Source: Candidatus Omnitrophota bacterium (lineage in GTDB: Bacteria > Omnitrophota > Omnitrophia > Omnitrophales > Aquincolibacteriaceae). From it: 64,000 nt of DNA. Location of the stretch: contig JBDRCT010000033.1 in NCBI GenBank assembly GCA_043821445.1, positions 69,391 to 133,390 on the forward strand. The letters are read 5' to 3'. A program made the translations under genes and the position numbers. The notes below the pieces were generated by a model. It searched no databases, was not told where the DNA came from, and saw only the letters and a list, made by a program, of their open reading frames with translations. Positions 60,157-64,000 of the stretch are shown here, one piece after another (within the stretch, counting starts at the first letter, position 1; every line of letters starts with the position of its first letter).

Positions 60157-60980
60157 TTTCTGCGATCCTTCACGATGTATTTGTTCGATGCTTTATACCG
60201 GCTCCGCGTCTTGAAACCCTTGGACTTTTGCCCCGTCGGACTCTGCGGATGATTCCCGCCCTTCGATTTACCTTCACCGCCGCCAAGCGGATGGTCGACA
60301 GGGTTGCGCGCAACGCCGCGCGAAACGGGACGCCGCCCAAGCCAGCGAGCCCGGCCGGCTTTCCCGAGAATAATATTTTCATGATCGATATTGGAGCACT
60401 GCCCGATCGTTGCGTACGACTTCGCCGGGACAAGCCTCACTTCCCCGGAGGGAAGCTTGATATGCGCCATATCATTTTCTTTTGCGAGGATCTGCGCCAC
60501 CACACCGCCAGCACGCGCCAGCTTGCCTCCCAAACCGGGACGGAGCTCGATGTTGTGGATCATGGAACCTTCCGGGATCTTCTCAAGCGGCAGATGATTC
60601 CCGATTTTCACTTCCACATCCGGCCCACTCACCACTTTTTCACCGACTTTGAGACCGTCCGGACAAAGAATGTAACTCTTGAGCCCGTCCGCGTACTCCA
60701 CAAGCGCGATGCGAGCACTACGGTTTGGATCATATTCCACGGTCAAAACCGTCGCCTCAACGCCCATGCGATTCCTTCTAAAATCGATCGAACGGATGCG
60801 ACGCTTGTGCCCGCCTCCTATACGCCGCGAAGTAATATGACCATGGTTGTTGCGCCCGCCCGAGCCCTTTTTAATATAGGTCAAAGGCTTATATGGCTTA
60901 TCCTTGGTGATCTCGGCAAAGTCAGAGACATTCCCGTATCGCCGTGTCGGTGTTGTGGGTTTGAATTTAATGAGTCCCAT
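60153..60980 (-). CDS. rplB: 50S ribosomal protein L2
   Basis: 275 aa. Confidence 0.95.
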   Translation of the reverse strand: MGLIKFKPTTPTRRYGNVSDFAEITKDKPYKPLTYIKKGSGGRNNHGHITSRRIGGGHKRRIRSIDFRRNRMGVEATVLTVEYDPNRSARIALVEYADGLKSYILCPDGLKVGEKVVSGPDVEVKIGNHLPLEKIPEGSMIHNIELRPGLGGKLARAGGVVAQILAKENDMAHIKLPSGEVRLVPAKSYATIGQCSNIDHENIILGKAGRARWLGRRPVSRGVARNPVDHPLGGGEGKSKGGNHPQSPTGQKSKGFKTRSRYKASNKYIVKDRRK

Positions 60981-60995
60981 AGATCCTTTTCTTTT

Positions 60996-61283
60996 TTATT
61001 TCGTCAGGTCGATCTTTTCGCCCTTTTTCAGGGTCACAATAGCTTTTTTCCAAGCCACCGTCTGCCCGGGAACATGCCGCACACGGCGCCATTTCCCGGA
61101 AACGTTCATCGTATTCACGCTTTCCACATGCACGGCAAAGATCTTCTCGATGGCCGCTTTTACTTCCTTTTTATTGGCTTGCGGATGCACGCGAAAACCA
61201 TACTGGCTCGCAACCTCGGCGGCCTTGGAAAGCTTCTCGGTGATGAGCGGCTCGATCACAACATCATAAAGATTAAGCTTCAT
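60996..61283 (-). CDS. rplW: 50S ribosomal protein L23
   Basis: 95 aa. Confidence 0.9.
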   Translation of the reverse strand: MKLNLYDVVIEPLITEKLSKAAEVASQYGFRVHPQANKKEVKAAIEKIFAVHVESVNTMNVSGKWRRVRHVPGQTVAWKKAIVTLKKGEKIDLTK

Positions 61284-61929
61284 GGGACTTCTCTTTCGCC
61301 GTCGCTGCTAAACGCTTTTCAATCAACTCGACCGCCGTCTCATCGATCACCAACTTCTCTCGCTGCATCACATCAAAAGCTGTGAATTCCGCCGCTGTCT
61401 TGACCTCGATCCGCTCACGCATATTGCGGCTTGCGCGTTTGAGGTTCGGCGTTGCTTCTTTGACCACATAAAGCGCGCGTTTTTTCATGACCGGCAACGC
61501 TTTCGCAATAGCGGCAAATTCTTTCGTCTTTGGCGTCTCGAACTTTACCGCCTCAAGAAGTATCAAGTTCTTTTCTCCCGCACGTTTGCTCAGCATCACT
61601 CTAAGAGCGAGATTACGAATCGTCTTCGATAGATTTACCGTGTAATCTCTCTGATGCGGTCCAAAAACAGTACCGCCACCCACCCAGATCGGAGAGCGAG
61701 TCGAACCGTGACGGGCTCTTCCGGTCCCTTTTTGTTTCCAAGGCTTTTTACCGCCACCGCGCACTTCGCCGCGCGTTTTGGTATCGACGGTCCCTTTGCG
61801 GAGATTGCCCGAATAAGCGTTCCTCACCAGTTCCAAAAGACGCACGTTCGTCCGCATCCCGTAGATCTCAGGATTCAAGACCACCTCTTGTTTCTTCTTA
61901 CCCTCTTTCGAGTAAAGAAGCGCTTTCAT
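61273..61929 (-). CDS. rplD: 50S ribosomal protein L4
   Basis: 218 aa. Confidence 0.9.
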   Translation of the reverse strand: MKALLYSKEGKKKQEVVLNPEIYGMRTNVRLLELVRNAYSGNLRKGTVDTKTRGEVRGGGKKPWKQKGTGRARHGSTRSPIWVGGGTVFGPHQRDYTVNLSKTIRNLALRVMLSKRAGEKNLILLEAVKFETPKTKEFAAIAKALPVMKKRALYVVKEATPNLKRASRNMRERIEVKTAAEFTAFDVMQREKLVIDETAVELIEKRLAATAKEKSHEA

Positions 61930-61979
61930 CTTTTATGCCTTTCTTTCGATCCTTAGACCGTTCAACCCAAACTTGATTG

Positions 61980-62729
61980 CTAGGAACTTGCTTTCGTTCC
62001 GTCCTGAGGATTTTCAGCTTTGGAAGTTTCCGAGGAAGTTTCCTTCGGGGACCCCTGCTTACTACTTCTCACTTTCCAGGAACTTTTCTTGCCGCGTTTC
62101 AGCGCACTGCGGATAATCAAGTAACCGCCCTCCGCGCCGGGGACACTGCCGCTCAGAGCGAGAAGATGGTTCTCGGCATCTATTTTCATGATCTTCAGAT
62201 TATGAATACAGATCTTTTCATCGCCCATATGCCCGGGAAGCCCTTTACCCTTGCGAACTTTTTTGCGGCAACCCTTACCACCCGCCATCGAACCAATGCC
62301 GCCTGGGACACGCCCAAACATCGAACCATGCCCAGCGCCCCCGCCTTTGTAATTGAGACGCTTCACAACGCCTTGAAAGCCTTTTCCGATCGAAACGCCT
62401 TCGATATCCACATACTCCCCGACCTCAAAATTCTCCGCACGAAGCTCGTTTCCAACGCTTAAATTCGCAATGTCTTCCGTCCGGATCTCGCGGATAAATC
62501 TTACCGGCGGAACATTCGCCTTGCGAAGCGCGCCCAATTTTGCTTTATTGAGAAGCTTTTCTCTCACAGGATCAAAGCCAAGCTGGATCCCCAGGTATCC
62601 ATGCTTTTCTTTAGTGCGAAGCGCCGTCACAAAACACGGCCCCACCTCAAGCACCGTCACGGGGATCTGCTGGCCCTCCGCGTCGAAGATCTGGGACATT
62701 CCTACTTTTTTACCTAAAAGACCGATCAT
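61980..62729 (-). CDS. rplC: 50S ribosomal protein L3, with a C-terminal Ser/Lys-rich tail of about 35 aa
   Basis: 249 aa. MIGLLGKKVGMSQIFD. Confidence 0.9.
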   Translation of the reverse strand: MIGLLGKKVGMSQIFDAEGQQIPVTVLEVGPCFVTALRTKEKHGYLGIQLGFDPVREKLLNKAKLGALRKANVPPVRFIREIRTEDIANLSVGNELRAENFEVGEYVDIEGVSIGKGFQGVVKRLNYKGGGAGHGSMFGRVPGGIGSMAGGKGCRKKVRKGKGLPGHMGDEKICIHNLKIMKIDAENHLLALSGSVPGAEGGYLIIRSALKRGKKSSWKVRSSKQGSPKETSSETSKAENPQDGTKASS

Positions 62730-62738
62730 AAGTCTCTC

Positions 62739-63053
62739 TTAAAGTTTAATTTCCACATCCACGCCTGCCGGAAGATCGAGTTTCATCAACGCGTCCACGG
62801 TGCGGGAGGTGGGTTCTTCCAGTTCAATAAGACGTTTATGGGTCCGGATCTCGAATTGATCACGCGCTCTTTTGTCGATGTGCGGACCGCGGAGCACCGT
62901 CGTTTTCCAAATATGCGTCGGAAGAGGGATCGGCCCGATCACTTTCGCGCCGGTCTTCTTCGCGGTCCCCACGATCTCCTGCACCGATTGGTCGAGCACG
63001 CGGTGGTCATACGCTTTTAATTTGATTCGGATCTTTTCTTTGGTTTGTGCCAT
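62739..63053 (-). CDS. rpsJ: 30S ribosomal protein S10
   Basis: 104 aa. [16 protein letters not shown]. Confidence 0.95.
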   Translation of the reverse strand: MAQTKEKIRIKLKAYDHRVLDQSVQEIVGTAKKTGAKVIGPIPLPTHIWKTTVLRGPHIDKRARDQFEIRTHKRLIELEEPTSRTVDALMKLDLPAGVDVEIKL

Positions 63054-63059
63054 TTTTCA

Positions 63060-63165
63060 CCCCGTTAGAGGCCTGAACCCCTCGGGCTGTCCTTTTCTTC
63101 TAATTCTACTTTCTTCTTTTTTAAAAATCTTACGCACGCCCCAGGCTGTCAAGCCTCTAGCGGGG
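63060..63165. repeat. E4: segment bounded by CCCCGTTAGAGGC / GCCTCTAGCGGGG between fusA and rpsJ
   Basis: 12-13-nt inverted termini with one mismatch enclose 80 nt. The right end lies 1 nt from the fusA stop. The left end lies 6 nt from the rpsJ ATG. Confidence 0.65.
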
Positions 63166-63166
63166 T

Positions 63167-64000
63167 TTATCCTGCGATGATCTTTTCTGCGACCATTTTT
63201 GGAACTTCTTGATAAGTGTGCGGCTCCATCGAGTAAGTCGCGCGTCCCTGCGACAAGGAACGGACCGAAGTCGCATAACCGAACATCTCGGAAAGAGGCA
63301 CAAGCCCCTGGATGGCCTTAAGATGGCCACGGTTCGTGAGCTCCTGAATGACGCAACGGCGGGAGTTCAGATCGCCGATGATATCCCCCATGTACTCCTC
63401 GGGAACCAATACCTCCACGAACATGATGGGCTCCAAGAGAACAGGCTTCGCTCTCTTAAAGGCTTCTTTAAAGGCAAAAATTCCGGCCATTTTAAAGGCA
63501 ATTTCCGAAGAGTCAACGTCATGATAGCTTCCGTCATAAACGATGGCCCGGACGTCCGTGACAGGATAGCCGGCCAGCACCCCGTTCGCACAAGCATCTT
63601 CCACCCCGGACTCCACGGCAGGGATGTACTCGCGGGGGATGGAACCGCCCTTTACTTCATCCTCAAATTCGTTTCCGGTGCCGCGAGGAAGAGGTTCGAT
63701 CTTGATGTAGCAATGCCCATACTGTCCGCGACCCCCCGTTTGCTTGATGAATTTCCCTTCGGCCTCTGCCACCGCCCGGATCGTTTCTTTGTAGGCAACC
63801 TGCGGTTTCCCGACATTCACCTGAACGGCATATTCCCGCTTCATGATGTCGACTTTGATCTCTAGATGAAGTTCCCCCATCCCGCCGATCAAGGTTTGAA
63901 CCGTCTCCTGGTCCGTTCTTACACGGAAGGTCGGATCCTCGTTCACAAGCTTACCCAGCGCATCCGACATTTTGTCACGATCCGCTTTAGTCTTGGGCTC
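63167..64000 (-). CDS. fusA: Elongation factor G, C-terminal part (the gene continues beyond the window)
   Basis: The translation matches EF-G domains III-V ([11 protein letters not shown]...GGRGQYGH...). Confidence 0.9.
   Translation of the reverse strand, partial: EPKTKADRDKMSDALGKLVNEDPTFRVRTDQETVQTLIGGMGELHLEIKVDIMKREYAVQVNVGKPQVAYKETIRAVAEAEGKFIKQTGGRGQYGHCYIKIEPLPRGTGNEFEDEVKGGSIPREYIPAVESGVEDACANGVLAGYPVTDVRAIVYDGSYHDVDSSEIAFKMAGIFAFKEAFKRAKPVLLEPIMFVEVLVPEEYMGDIIGDLNSRRCVIQELTNRGHLKAIQGLVPLSEMFGYATSVRSLSQGRATYSMEPHTYQEVPKMVAEKIIAG

Noticed and set aside
60141-61385. Long plus-strand ORFs antisense to annotated genes. Examples are 60141-61385 (414 aa), 43832-44869, 44879-45820, 58453-59349, 25588-26547, 14747-15631, 9474-10469 and 232-1560.
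   Set aside because: Each is antisense to a minus-strand gene with clear homology. They are Arg/Pro/His-rich, which is typical of spurious frames in 50%+ GC DNA. None has a recognisable domain or an RBS.

Overview
This 64 kb window is from a diderm (LPS-producing) bacterium with roughly 50% GC content. Every gene I can support (about 75) lies on the minus strand. I found no rRNA, tRNA, CRISPR array or transposase.

In minus-strand reading order (high to low coordinate) the window holds:
- fusA (partial), then the S10-spc-alpha ribosomal superoperon from rpsJ to rplQ, with no tuf and no rpmD.
- aspC, a compact mfd, surA-pdxA-rsmA, ispB, rsmI, purN, eno, ftsB and a secreted hydrolase.
- ilvB-ilvN-ilvC-leuA, then aroE-pilD-aroC-aroK-aroB.
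- dprA, an RDD protein, two hypothetical proteins, topA and xerC.
- An LPS block: waaA-lpxK, an LpxL-ELM1 fusion, a GT4-GT9 fusion, four more tandem GT9 heptosyltransferases, a ferredoxin-like ORF, DUF3108, DUF1846, FmdB and hldE(kinase)-kdsB-pyrG-kdsA.

The most unusual content is non-coding, in three classes of short structured repeats:
1. A double-hairpin element with conserved loops and covarying stems. Three intergenic copies (between ilvB/ilvN, rplO/secY and rplV/rpsC), three in-frame copies inside coding sequence (waaA, the aroE 5' end, the ferredoxin-like ORF) and one partial copy.
2. Four segments of about 105-130 nt bounded by the inverted repeat CCCCGTTAGAG / CTCTAACGGGG. Each ends within 0-6 nt of a start codon (the GT4-GT9 gene, mfd, aspC, rpsJ).
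3. Long hairpins built from 7-nt tandem repeats (CGTTGNG or GTCTGNN) that straddle the stop codons of rsmI, rsmA, mfd and surA. They add repeat-encoded C-terminal tails to three of those proteins.

All protein calls rest on my recognition of family motifs in the supplied translations. I ran no database search.
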